Below, piece after piece: positions 38,183-51,059 of a stretch of 64,000 bases of DNA (positions within the stretch are counted from its first letter, which is position 1; every line of letters starts with the position of its first letter). Below the pieces are notes generated by a model. It saw nothing but the letters and a program-made list of their open reading frames with translations. It had not been told where the DNA came from and searched no databases. This stretch comes from Mobula hypostoma (Eukaryota): contig NC_086097.1 of NCBI RefSeq assembly GCF_963921235.1, positions 147,748,001 to 147,812,000 of the forward strand, read 5' to 3'. Both the position numbers and the translations under genes were made by a program.

Positions 38183-38959
38183 GTGAGTGCTATTTGCTTC
38201 CGCCTCCAGACCTGGAGTTTGTGGATGGGATGTTTGCGAAGACCGTCTTGATGACGCTAATAATCGCCGCGTTTACGACGTGTTTATTGTAAGAAAAGCG
38301 GGTATGACCGTGGGTTAATTGTCAGTTTCACAGGCCCACAGACTGTTTTTGCAATAGATGGTAAATGTATTTATCATATGTGTGTCAAAACATCGTATCA
38401 ATGTGTTATCCGCGACTGGTTGTCATCTCTGAGTGAGGAATTTTTGGTTTTAAGTCCAGGCTGACTTCAGTTTCACACCATGGCAGAGATGCTGAATGAA
38501 GTTATTTCATCCTGGTCAATATTTTTCTACTAAAGATCAGTTGATCCAGTTATTATTACTGATTGTGGATTATTATTAATGAATGTGATGGAGGCATTCA
38601 CTTTTATCATTATCCTTTCAAGCAGAATGTTCCGGATAGTAGTCACAATCCAAGTAACAAAAATTCTCCTTGTATTCTCTCATTCTCTTACTCCTTACCT
38701 TAAAGCTGTGGCTGTTGGTTTTATATAATTTTACAACTAAAAAGAAGTTTTTTTAAAAAAAAACTAATCACCCTAACCATTCTCCATTTAACTGTCTACT
38801 TGGACCAAGTACCCCGCCCCCAACCCGCCGCTGCCCCTACCTTCCATTTTTCCAAACAGAACAAAGCCTATCTACTGAAATTTTTAAAAATGCTGAAACA
38901 TTGCAGCCTATCCAGACTTTCTACAAAAGTGAAATGCTTTTTTCAAGCAATAACCTGGT

Positions 38960-40065
38960 GATTCTTCTCAACATCTGTTCCAGTGTAAGCATAGCCTTTT
39001 AACAATGGCCAGAACTGCATGCATTATTCCAGAGGTGGACCAACCTCTGTGAGCTAATATCAAAACCTACATTCTGAGCCTTGGCTTGTGAAGGGAAATA
39101 TCCTACCTGTTAACTCTGCCTGTTCAGTGCATTTGTTATATCACAGGAGAGTCAGCCTAGACCTCAAATCTTCATGGTAAGAATTAAACCCAGAAACTTC
39201 TCACTTACAACTGAATCCTGAGTCATGGTTAATCTGTTGATACTATGTTTTGATATACTTATGATAAATATTTATCACCTATTTCAAAGTTCTTCACTGT
39301 TGTTGCCACCTTCCGGAATCACTGGAATTGTACACCAAGGCTCATCTGTGCCTCCTTACTCTTGAGGGTCCTGCCATTCCTTACATATGTCCTTTGCTTA
39401 TTAGTCCTCCTAAATTGCATTACCCCATTATATAACAAGATTAAATCACATTTGCCATTGCTCTTCCATTTTACTAACTCAATGATATTGTCCCAAAGTG
39501 TACAATTACCCCTCACTATCAACAACAATCTGTAAATTTATTAATGACACCTGCTACATTAATATCCTAATCATTCATGTGTATTTAGATAGTAAGGGCC
39601 CCAGTAATGATCACTGTTTTACACTTGGCACAGGTTTCCAAACACTGAAACAACTGATGGCCATCATCCTATGCCTCCTATTACCAGGCCAATTTTGGAT
39701 CAATTTTTCTAAGTTTTCTTGGATTCCACAGTCTTTGTCCTTTAAGGACAAATGCCCCATGTCAGACCTTGTAAAATGTTTTACTGACATCCATGTTGGT
39801 GAAATCAGCCACTTTGTCCTCATTAATACATTCGTTACCCCTTCAACAATATCGGTCATACTGCATCTCCCACTAGCAAAGTTTTATTAAATAGTTTTAG
39901 TAAATCTCTGCCTTTCTAATTGTTGATTAATCCTGTCCCTCAAAACTTCCTTTTCATTACTTGACACACAGGCCTATAACAATTTTGAAATCTTTGCTAC
40001 CCTTGAATAAAGATACCACATTTGCTATCATCCAATCAACTGGCATCTCTCTTGTAGTCAGTGTA
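38960..40065 (-). mobile_element. Old CR1 fragment in ZC3H3 intron 1
   Basis: Minus-strand remnants of the RT region (IQNW..NRR.R.M...CFS.WKPV.SV). Confidence 0.6.
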
Positions 40066-40890
40066 GGCATCTTTTAATCAATGTTATAAATCTCTTGATT
40101 TCCAAGAACAGCTTAGAGCATTTAGTGGAAAGTTCTTGCCTGTAAATGACGAAGATAGAAATGACTTGATGCTCTTTTTGGTGGAACTGGCTGAGAGGCA
40201 AATGTTTGCTGAAACTACCCTGGGTTTGCTTTGAAAAATGCTTTGGGGTGTATCTTTCAAAGATAGGATCTCAGTCATATTTGGCACCTGAGAAACATCA
40301 TCTTCAACACTTGAATGAAGTGTCAACTTGTATTATCCCTGTAGTATGGCTTAACCTCAATAATGTAGTGATATCTTTGAGTCAAACTACTGAAGGGTTC
40401 TTTGTCCCTTCATACAGCTGTTAGCTAGATTGATAAGAACTCATTTTGTACAGTCGTTTTTGAATGGGGGTACTGAGTCCAAACCTTACTTTAGGACTTG
40501 GACAAAATTCAGGTTCCTGGTGTGTGTGTGGGGGTGTTTGTATGTATATTTATATCTATATCTATCTATCTGGGGTTGGTGGCAGGGAGGAACTTGGCAT
40601 ATTGCATGTATATTTCATTTATCCTGCATATCTCACCATTGGAGTGTAAGATTTATTGTGAAATAGATGCTCTTATCATTCTTGCAATGTTGGGAAAATA
40701 TCCATGTTCTGAAACTCAATTGGTAACCCAATAATGGGAATACAGCGGTGGAACAACTTAGCATATTGTGCAGTAAGCTGAGACAGTTGAAAATGTAATA
40801 ATTTCAATTCTGGCATAGTCCTCTATTACGATACAAGTTCTGGTGCAGTCATTTGAGTTAATTGTTTCTTTTTCTTTTCAACTCCTGCAG

Positions 40891-42532
40891 CTCTTATAAC
40901 GAACCATAAGAATGTTCATGGAGATGTTCCTGCAGTTCCAGCATCTTGTAGTTCACACGGGCAAGGACCATGGGCAAAAAGCAACACTAAATTCACATCT
41001 GTTTGCCCACAAAAAGTGCCAGGACATCATGGGTCAGAATCCAGTAGCTCGTGGCGAACAAAATACTCTCTGGTAAATAAGAAGCCTGTTGATACAAGTG
41101 GTGAGGCACTTAATATCCCTGGAGGCCAGATAATGCCTGCTGGAGTACGTGAGCAGAATACTGTTGGAAAATGCATGGTGAAAACGACTGTGTCTGGAGG
41201 TGGAAACTTGGTTGTCAAGTCAGACAGAGAAGTTCAAGCAAATCCCCGAGCACAGTCTTTGTTGGACCTGAATTCTCAGCTTGCAATGAAGAACGATAAG
41301 CTGTTGGGACTGAAGGCAAAGCTGGATAAGGTGAAAATGAGCAGGAAAATTAATGTAATGGATGGCACAAAGTTAACCTCTTGCAATGGGTCTACTGTGA
41401 AAAGTGCATCAAAGCAAGAAGAGGAAAGGAAGTCCCAGAACATAGACAAGAAAAAGCCACTTGAAGCATCAGGAAATATCAAGGGGAGTGCTTCTTATGA
41501 TTGTTGCAGTATGTTGGCGCATTGTTCTACTAAAACCCCATATATGGAGACAAGTACTGTTAAAACATTTGAGACATCAAAGTATACACTTCAGAAAACC
41601 TATCTGAAGATTGATAAGATTGATCGCATTGCTCGTGAGACTGCTCAGGAAGAGGGTAAATTCCCACAAGTCATGGAGTCAAATAGTGGTGTTTGCACAG
41701 ACCTTGAAGTACCAATAGAAAAGTTGCACAGACCTGCTGTGATGAATAAAATTGCTGAGCACAACAAAAATGACTCTATAAAGTCAGGAAAAGTTCAGAA
41801 TGCTTCAAGTTCTCTAGACCAAGTGCCGTTTAGTACTTCCCCAATTAAAAAATCTAAATATACATGGCAGAAAGGATCAGATCTGAATCTAGATCCTTCA
41901 TCATGTAGGTGCCACAATGAGACTCTGAACAGAGTCATTGAAACAGCCTCTCCCTGTGCTTCTCAGGTTCAAACAATGAATGTGATTGGTAGCTCTTTAA
42001 AATCAAAATCCCCTTTGTCACTTCGAGTACATAAGAAACAAAGGGCCAGTACGCCTCTCTGTAACTGTATGGGTAAGGGTAGGAAAGCGAAGTATGTTTG
42101 GGTTTCTAGCACTGCTCAGTTAAACCAGTCCATGAACTCCACTGAGTTGACACGAAAGTCTGTTTCACCGAGGTTGGTTAAAAGTACTGTAAAATGCATC
42201 GCGGGAAGCAGTAGTACAGCACTCGGTCTAGATGCAGGAGTTAGATCTGTAGGAAAACATAAAAAGGCCGCAAGCTGTCAGAAAATAGGTGGCTTGTCAA
42301 GCAAGTACCGTTGGAAAGCAGTAGAAGCTGTCTCCCCTTCAAGATCACTTTATCAGTGGAAGTCACAGGACTCTTGTAAGACTAGACCTTCAAACCATCA
42401 GACAAGAACTGTATCCCTGAAAAAAGCTGAGCTTGCTATTGATGTCTCAAAAAAGGTGTTGAATGAATCTGCATCTACACATTACAAAATGAAAAGCACA
42501 ACAAAGATTATCAGGAGAAATGGAGGAAAGAG
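40891..42532 (+). CDS. ZC3H3: ZC3H3 large exon 2 (1642 nt; S/K-rich, probably disordered): (A)LITNHKNVHG...WRTKYSLVN...YKMKSTTKIIRRNGGK
   Basis: ctgcag acceptor at 40890, gtaagt donor at 42533, open frame (includes ORF 41016-42536). Contains the ZC3H3 motifs WRxKYSLVN, SKYxWKA and YKxKSxTKIIRR. Confidence 0.92.
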
Positions 42533-43581
42533 GTAAGTTTATTTTAAGGCATAACGCTACTTCACTGCTGAAATATTTGGAGTTGGAGGGGAGCCATAAA
42601 GTGAAATAACTTGAAACATTTTATTGCTTTAGAAGTATGATGTAGTCGCAAGTTATTACAGTTATTCTTTGAAATAGCTGTGTAATTAATTGCAATAGGT
42701 GAGAAAAATGTTTGGTTGGAAATAAGGAAAATGTATTTTGCCAAAAATAATTTTCAAGAACTTTAATTTAGCCAGCAATTATGCCATCTCAACTATTATC
42801 TTCTAGTGTTTCTGCAATTTTTTGTGGTCCAGGGTGTATTTCAGAGGGTGTTCTGCATGTACAGTTTCATTACAATATAATTTTTAACTGAAACAGATTA
42901 GTCTAAACCTCTTGATTTGGAGATGTTTAACTCAAATTAGCTAATATTTATTTTCGAAACACTTAATTTTTACTTTGCATTGTTATTTAAGTAGTTCCTT
43001 TCAAATTGTTTTTACCCCAAAACGATTTATTTTTAAATGAATTTAAATTATCCAATTCTTTGGGAATTTGTAATATTAGCTTAATAGATGAATTGGGAAG
43101 AAAATGGTTTTGTTTTTAATAAATACATTTACTTAGAAAATATATTGTACTTTGTTCATTAACTTGCCTTCTTATGAACCAATTATAATGTCTGAACTGC
43201 TTTTGCATAAGTTAATGTTTACAGAAAGTACTCTTAATGAAGCCAAAATATTTATTAGACCAAAAAACAATGCCATGGTTTTAACTTTCAGTCTGGGTGA
43301 TATGGATGGATTTTTCCTCCCAATATTTGCTTACTGTGAGTTGAACTGTCATTTATTATCCATTGTGGTTGGATGTTGAAAACTGGTATGGGGCTGGTAA
43401 TCAGAGGGTTAAAATACAAATCCAAGATCATTCAAGATATTAGAAATGCCCATGATCATGAGGCCTTAAGGATGTTTTTGACCATCCCTCCAGCAGACAT
43501 GGTGATGATATAATATGAACTTCATTTTGTAAAAATTTAAGTCAGATTTAACCTTCACAAAGTTTCACATAACATGGATAT

Positions 43582-44560
43582 TCCGCCACCTCCAACGGGA
43601 TCCCACCACTAAGCACATCTTTCCCTCCCCCCCCTCTCTGCATTCCGCAGGGATCGCTCCCTACACAACTCCCTTGTCCATTCGTCCCCCCCATCCCTCC
43701 CACTGATCTCCCTCCTGGCACTTATCCGTGTAAGCGGAACAAGTGCTACACGTGCCCTTACACTTCCTCCCTTACCACCATTCAGGGCCCCAAACAGTCC
43801 TTCCAGGTGAGGCATCACTTCACCTGTGAGTCGACTGTGGTGATATACTGCGTCCGGTGCTCCCGATGTGGCCTTTTATATATTGGTGAGACCCGACGCA
43901 GACTGGGAGACCGCTTTGCTGAACATCTACGCTCTGTCCGCCAGAGAAAGCAGGATCTCTCAGTGGCCACACATTTTAATTCCACATCCCATTCCCATTC
44001 TGACATGTCTATCCACGGCCTCCTCTACTGTAAAGATGAAGCCACACTCAGGTTGGAGGAACAACACCTTATATTCCGTCTGGGTAGCCTCCAACCTGAT
44101 GGCATGAACATTGACTTCTCTAACTTCCACTAGGCCCCACCTCCCCCTCGTACCCCATCTGTTACTCATTTTTATGCACACATTCTTTCTCTCACTCTCC
44201 TTTTTCTCCCTCTGTCCCTCTGAATATACCTCTTGCCCATCCTCTGGGTCACCCCCCCCTTGTCTTTCTTCCCAGACCTCCTGTCCCATGATCCTCTCGT
44301 ATCCCCTTTTGCCTATCACCTGTCCAGCTCTTGGCTCTATCCCTCCCCCTCCTGTCTTCTCCTATCATTTTGCATCTCACCCTCCCCCTCCAGCTTTCAA
44401 ATCCCTTACTCACTCTTCCTTCAGTTGGTCCTGACGAAGGGTCTCGGCCTGAAACGTCGACTGCGCCTCTTCCTATAGATGCTGCTTGGCCTGCTGCGTT
44501 CACCAGCAACTTTGATGTGTGTTGCTTGAATTTCCAGCATCTGCAGAATTCCTGTTGTTT
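43582..44560 (+). mobile_element. Penelope-like element, family B: 5'-truncated copy with GIY-YIG and terminal repeat, 8-bp TSD
   Basis: FRHLQRDPTTKHIFP...CKRNKCYTCP...VIYCVRCSRCGLLYIGETRRRLGDRFAEH. TSD ATGGATAT at 43574-43581 and 44561-44568. Confidence 0.92.
44426..44463 (+). ncRNA. Minimal type-I hammerhead ribozyme motif, core intact (G-U at the base of stem II)
   Basis: tggtc-CTGACGA-a-gggtctcggcct-GAAA-cg-TC-gactg. Confidence 0.8.
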
Positions 44561-44834
44561 ATGGATATGTTATTAATGTCTAGCTGATTTTTGGTAGTCT
44601 GTTACATAAAGCTATGCTACTTCTGTGGTGCATGAGGTTCCTCATATTGCACTAAAATTATTTATAATTTCTAATTTTAGAAATAATGCTGTTTTTGGGA
44701 TTTTTATATAACATTTGGAATTACAAAATTTCCAAGGAGCAACACCAAATAAAGTTGGCTCCAAACCACTTGTGTACTGCTTCCATTTATTTAGTACATG
44801 TAAATACATCAAGAAGGCCCCACAGTAACTTCCT

Positions 44835-45290
44835 CTTTTCAGGCTGTCCCTTGGAGCTAAAGATGACTTTCTTTCCAGTCTATTTGTGTGTGATTCTGAG
44901 ATGACCAGTGAGGCCATTTTGGGGCCAGCAGAGGGTGCCACATACAAGGGAGAAGCTGCATGATAGGGCTGATGTTTGGGAAGGGATGCATTGTTCCTGA
45001 AATTGGGTCTTGAAATTCTCAGTACCTTCCCAAATGATTCTTCATTTAAAACCCTCATGGGCTGGAGATCCCCATGATTTTTTGGGAAACAATTTGAGAA
45101 TATCTTAGATTGTTTCCATCATCTACCTAGAAATCTCTTGTTTTAATGGAACTCAAAATAGAATGTCTATTTCAGTATCTGTTGTGAGGCAAGCAGATGA
45201 AATGGGCTGCGGATTGGAACCTATTGTGTATGATTTGTGCTCTCATGCTAAGAACGTCTGTTTGGCAAAGAAGCCTGTTATTGATTTGTT
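44835..45290 (-). mobile_element. Old RTE-like LINE 3' fragment
   Basis: Minus-strand VLRISRPNFRNNASL region and an RTE-like 3' end. Weak similarity. Confidence 0.45.
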
Positions 45291-45909
45291 TATCCCACCA
45301 ATAAATTTGGACTTATAGGGTTTTTCACACATGGCATTTGTGATTTGAGGTCTCTGCTGAGGGAAATGGGTGGTGGGGTGGAGATGCATCCTACCAGAGG
45401 AGGTTTAAAGTCCTCCTTTCCTCCGCTAACCTGCAGGTCACCCTTGACCAAAACTGATATTCTTTGGGTCATGAGTTTTCTTGGCCCTTTGCTATCATGT
45501 TCAGGTTCCTGTGGACTGATTTATTTTTAATTATTTTTTCCTTTGACCTATGATGGAGTTTCCAGTCCAAAAATACCCAGCATTTGCTGGGTTTTTGTGA
45601 TCATTCTTTTAAAATTTGGCCTGGTGTTTTCTTTTGGAGAAGCTAAAGTACTGATTATGTGGACCTCACAGAAGGAGCAGTGTCCAAATGCTGTTGGTTG
45701 GAGATTGTCAGATTACAAGGTTTTTTTTCTGAATGAGCCTTCAGATTTTTGTCATTATTTTGTAGTTAAATTTCCAACTCCATTTTTATTTTGAGGCCAG
45801 GAAATTGAAGATAATGAGATGGATTAGGCAGCAGTTAGTCTAGTAGTCTTCAGTAAATTTATTTGCGATGGTAATGTGGATGCTAGTAGAAAAGTTCATA
45901 AACAACATA

Positions 45910-47620
45910 CAGTTGAAGTCAGCAGTTTACATACACCTTAGCCAAATACATTTAAACTCAGTTTTTCACAATTCCTGACATTTAATCCTAGAAAACATTC
46001 CCTGTCTTAGATCAGTTAGGATCACTACTTTATTTTAAGAATGTGAAATGTCAGAGTAATAGTAGAGAGAATGATTTATTTCAGCTTTTATTTCTTTCAT
46101 CGCTTTCCCAGTGGGTCAGAAGTTTACATACACTTTGTTAGCATTTGGTAGTATTGCCTTTAAATTGTTTAACTTGGATCAAACATTTTTGGGTTGCCTT
46201 CCACAAGCTTCTCACAGTAAGTTGCTGGAATTTTGTTCCATTCCTCCAGACAGAACCGGTGTAACGAGTCAGGTTTGTAGGCCTTTTTGCTTGCACATAT
46301 TTTTTCAGTTCTGCCCACAAATTTTCTATCGGATTGAGGTCAGAAAATGATGTCAAGTATGGTACATCCTTGGGAGCAATTTCCAAACACCTGAAGGTAC
46401 CACGTTCATCTGTACAAACAATAGTACGCAAGTATAAACACCATGGGACCACGCAGCCGTCATACTGCTCAGGAAGGAGAAGCATTCTGTTTCCTAGAGA
46501 TGAACGTACTTTGGTGTGAAAAGTGCAAATCAATCCCAGAACAACAGCAAAGGACCTTGTGAAGATGCTGGAGGAAACAGGTAGACAAGTATCTATATCC
46601 ACAGTAAAACGAGTCCTATATTGACATAACCTAAAAGGCTGCTCAGCAAGGAAGAAGCCACTGCTCCAAAACCGCTATAAAAAAAGCCAGACTACAGTTT
46701 GCAAGTGCACATGGGGACAAAGATCTTACTTTTTGGAGAAATGTCCTCTGGTCTGATGAAACAAAAATTGAACTGTTTGGCCATAATAACCATCGTTATG
46801 TTTGGAGGAAAAAGGGTGAGGCTTGCAAGCCGAAGAACACCATCCCAACCATGAAGCATGGGGGTGGCAGCATCATGTTGTGGGGGTGCTTTGTTGCAGG
46901 AGGGACTGGTGCACTTCACAAAATAGATGGCATCATGAGGAAGGAAAATGATGTGGATATATTGAAGCAACATTTCAAGACATCAGCCAGGAAGGGTCTC
47001 GGCCTGAAACGTCGACTGCACCTCTTCCTACAGATGCTGCCTGGCCTGCTACGTTCACCAGCAACTTTGATGTATGTAGCCAGGAAGTTAAAGCTGGTCG
47101 CGAAAGGGCCTTCCAAATGGACAATGACCCCAAGCATACCTCCAAAGTTGTGGCAAAGTTACTTGAGGACAACAAAGTCAAGGTATTGGATTGGCATCAC
47201 AAAGCCCTGACCTCAATCTGATAGAAAATTTGTGGGCAGAACTGTAAAAGCGTGTGCGAGCAAGGAGGCCTACAAGCCTGACTCCATTACACCAGTTCTG
47301 TCTGGAGGAATGGAACAAAGTTCCAGCAACTTACTGTGAGAAGCTTGTGGAAGACTACCCAAAACGTTTGATGCAATGCTACCAAATGCTAACAAAGTGT
47401 ATGTAAACTTCTGACCCACTGGGAAAATGATGAAAGAAATAAAAGCTGAAATAAATCATTCTCTCTACTACTATTCTGACATTTCACATTCTTAAAATAA
47501 AGTAGTGATCCTAACTGACCTAAGACAGGGAATGTTTTCTAGGATTAAATGTCAGGAATTGTGAAAAACTGAGCTTAAATATATTTGGCTAAGGTGTATG
47601 TAAACTTCTGACTTCAACTG
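45910..47620 (+). mobile_element. Sleeping Beauty/Tss1-family Tc1 transposon, rearranged and inactivated
   Basis: Ends cagttgaagtc...gacttcaactg with a TA TSD. IR/DR cores agtttacatacac. Transposase remnant SLGAISK.LKVPRSSVQTIVRKYKHHGTTQPSY...WSDETKIELFGHN...KHGGGSIMLWGCF...MDNDPKH...DLN.IENLWAEL with stops and frameshifts. Confidence 0.95.
46995..47077 (+). mobile_element. 83-bp Penelope terminal fragment inserted in the Tc1 transposase, 10-bp TSD
   Basis: ggtctcggcctGAAACGTCgactg...caactttgatgt matches the family B end. TSD AGCCAGGAAG at 46985-46994 and 47078-47087. Confidence 0.9.
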
Positions 47621-48919
47621 TATGTCAGTTGTTCAGAAGTGTCCCAACAAAATCTGATTTTTTTTTTTCCCTCTGGCCAAGTAAGATTGTTCCAAACATT
47701 GTGGTACATATAGAATGCTGTTGGCATTGGCTTTCCCTGTTTGCACTTTGTAAATCTTTCTTTTATGATGATCCATCATTTATGATTTGCATTGAGGTCA
47801 TGCAGAAGGGACTTTATCTCCTTGTGGGTGATAAGATTTGGATCTGTTTGCTTTTCTATTTTGAAGATCAGAATAAAAAATCCTCTGCCAAATCTGTATT
47901 TTTCGGGGTTTGTGTGTGCTGTGAGTATTCTGGTTCTGTGTTAGTTAGCTGGGGCAACATAACATTTGTGTTTCTTACCCCATGAAATTTGTGAATCAGT
48001 AGATGAGTTTATTCTCAACAGTAAAACCACTCATAAAGATAATGTTCCTAGTTTTTTTTTAGCCATTATGGAACTCTGGCTATAATTTCCCTACCCCGTT
48101 TCTTCTGTACCTCGAACTGCAGATACCTAATACTTTTTCCAGAAGCTATCCTGGTTCATGTTTGGATGATTGAAGTTCTCCATTATCATTACACTATGGC
48201 TTTTGCACATCTCTGCAGTTTTATGATAAATTTGGTCCTCCATATCTTTTCCAGTAGCTGGAGTTCTTTCCTACAGAGTTATCACAGTAATATAATTGCA
48301 CGTGTACTGTTTCTTAATTCTAAGATGCTGTTTGACAAATGTGAACCAGGATGGCAATAACTTAAAAGGCAAGGACATAGGAGTCACTATACATGATAAC
48401 TTTCTTGATTAGTAAGTTCCTGGCCCAACAAGGCAGCTGGCTTTACTGGAAGTCAGCTACAGAAGCTGAACCAAGCCAAGTACTATAGCTCATTTGCAGT
48501 GGAGGATATCTAGGAAACTTTGATTATAATATGATAACTTTTAGAATAGCTTCTGTAAAAAGTATTAGGTACTCCAAGTTATAAGCGGTCTATTAAAGGG
48601 CAAATTTCAATAACTGGGCAATAATTAGGCTTTAAAGTGGAGATATTTAATCTGCAGTTTGGGATGAATAGCTTTCTTTTGATCTCATAAGTTTCCGGAA
48701 CTTTTCACCTTTGGTCATTACAGGTTAATTGATTATAGCTTTATTGGTGTTGGTTTATTATTATCACATGTGCCTAGATACAGTGAAAAGCTTGACTTGC
48801 TGTTCATACAGATCAAATCATTACACAGTACAATGAGCTTGACTAAAGTAAAATAAAGTGTAAAAGCTACTGGAAAAAAATGCAGTGCAGGTAAATGATG
48901 AGGTGCAAGATCACAATAA

Positions 48920-49550
48920 GACCATAAGACAGGAACAGAATTGGGCTATTTGACCCATTGAGTCTGCTTTGCCATTCCATTCCAACAAGCCTGATTTATT
49001 ATCCCCTCAACCACAATCTCCCTCCTGCACTAATCAAAAATCTATCAACTTGCACTTTAAATATACCCAATGGCTTGGCCTTCACAGCCATCTGTTGCAG
49101 TGAATTGCTGTGATTCACTGGCTTCTGCTTAAAGAGATTCCTCCTCATCCCTGTTGTAAAGGGACACCCTTCAATTTTGAGGCTGTAGTCTCTGGTCCTA
49201 GACTCACCCACAATAGGAAACATCCTCTTCACATTCACTTTATTTAGGCCGTACTGCATTTGATAGGTTTCATTCTTCTAAGCTCCATTGTGTACAGGCC
49301 CAGAGCCATCAAATGCTCTTCATATGTTAACCCTTTCATTCCGAGGATTATTCTCATGAACCTTTTCTGGACCCCCTCCAATGCCAGTACATCCTTTCTC
49401 TGATAAGAGGTCCAAAACTGCTCACAGTATTCTGTGCAGTCCAACCAATGCCTTTTAAAACCTCAGCATTACATCCTTTTATATACTAATCCTCTCGAGG
49501 TGAATGCTAACATTGCAATTGCCTTCTTTACCACTGACTCAACTTCAAGT
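48920..49550 (-). mobile_element. CR1 3' fragment, antisense
   Basis: EYCEQFW..Y.RKDVLALEGVQ.RF and MFPIVGESRTR, plus a CR1 3' UTR. Confidence 0.85.
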
Positions 49551-50029
49551 CAAATGCACATCTGGCCAGGAAATGTATCATTGCAGCTTCAAAATAACTC
49601 AGCTTAAACTTGGCTTGCAATGTGGTGATGTCTTCCACATAAATATTGCGGGAATTTAAAATGGGGCTTTACCTCAATCTTATTAAAAACAAATAATGAA
49701 TGCCTGTTTAATGCTGGCCTTGCCAGTGATGCCACATGTAAACTATAAAAAAAGTTTACAATGGTAGTTGCCTTTAGATAGAAATGCAGGTTATTACCAT
49801 TAGAGGATAGTAATGAATTATTGAAACACTAGACATTCTGCTGCTACAGAATTTTCTATTAAGAGAAGTTTCTACAGGAGTAGTACATAACTTTCTAACG
49901 TGACAAAGGTACCTTGACAGTCTGGCACTCACCCATGAGAATTTTCAGGTCTTAAGCTTCAGGAAAGATCCAAGGTCCTATCATTTCTAACTATGTGCTG
50001 ATGGAAAAACTCCTTTCAGCATTTGCTTA

Positions 50030-50445
50030 GCTTCCTAAAACTGCCCCACCTCCCCTTCGTACCACTTCCGTTATTTATTTATTAATATTATTATTAGTTT
50101 TTTTTCTTTCTCTCTCTCCTTTTTCTCCCTCTGTCCCTCTCACTATACTCCTTGCCCATCCTCTGGGCTTCCCCCCTCCCTCTTTCTTTCTCCCTAGGCC
50201 TCCTGTCCCATGATCCTCTCATATCCCTTTTGCCTATCAACTTTCCAGCTCTTAGCTCCATCCCTCCCCCTCCTGTCTTCTCCCATCATTTCGGATCTCC
50301 CCCTCCCCCTCCCACTTTCAAATCTCTTACTAGCTCTTCTTTCAGTTAGTCCTGACGAAGGGTCTCGGCCCAAAACGTGGACTGTACCTCTTCCCATAGA
50401 TGCTGCCTGGCCTGCTGCGTTCACCGGCATTTTTTATGTGTGGTT
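50030..50445 (+). mobile_element. Solo Penelope family B terminal repeat; hammerhead at 50347-50384 with G12A and C17G changes
   Basis: Near-identical to 25750-26155. The core reads CTGACGA...cAAAAcgTGgactg. Confidence 0.88.
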
Positions 50446-51059
50446 CATGTTTCACAAACTCACCCATTTTGAAACAGATGGGAATGTTTCAGGCAATTTA
50501 AGTTTTTGAAACAAATGATTAGATATATTTAAATTAATATAATTTTCAAAGCTTCAGAAAATTTTCCAATGCTTCTGAATGCCGAAGTGACTCACAGATA
50601 CTCAAAGTCTTACAGCAGTTTTGACAAGTGGTAAGGCTGAAGTAAATGTCGACCAATTCTGGAGGTAGGCTTGCCATTTTCAGTGCAAAAGCTGGTACTG
50701 CTCCAGAAGTTGTAGTCTGGCTGTCACAAGTACAGATGATTAGCTGCACAGAAACATCTGCAGTTTGGACGTAGGCCTTCGATTGATGATATTTGTATTT
50801 TATTTCTCAAAAATTGCCAGTGAATTAGGCCAGTCAGTTGAACTTGACGCCTTATGGAATGGCGATCTCAAGCAGCAGAGCTCAGATATGATTAAATATT
50901 CTCGTTTTAGCCTGATACACCTGAGAATCACAACTGCTTCCAAGATCTGTACAGATAATAAAGATGTCTTAATGCAGTTGAATAAACTGTCACTGCTTAA
51001 AACCGATGAAAACAATGCCAACTGTGGCTGTACTTCCCACATTCAATGTAGGAAATATG

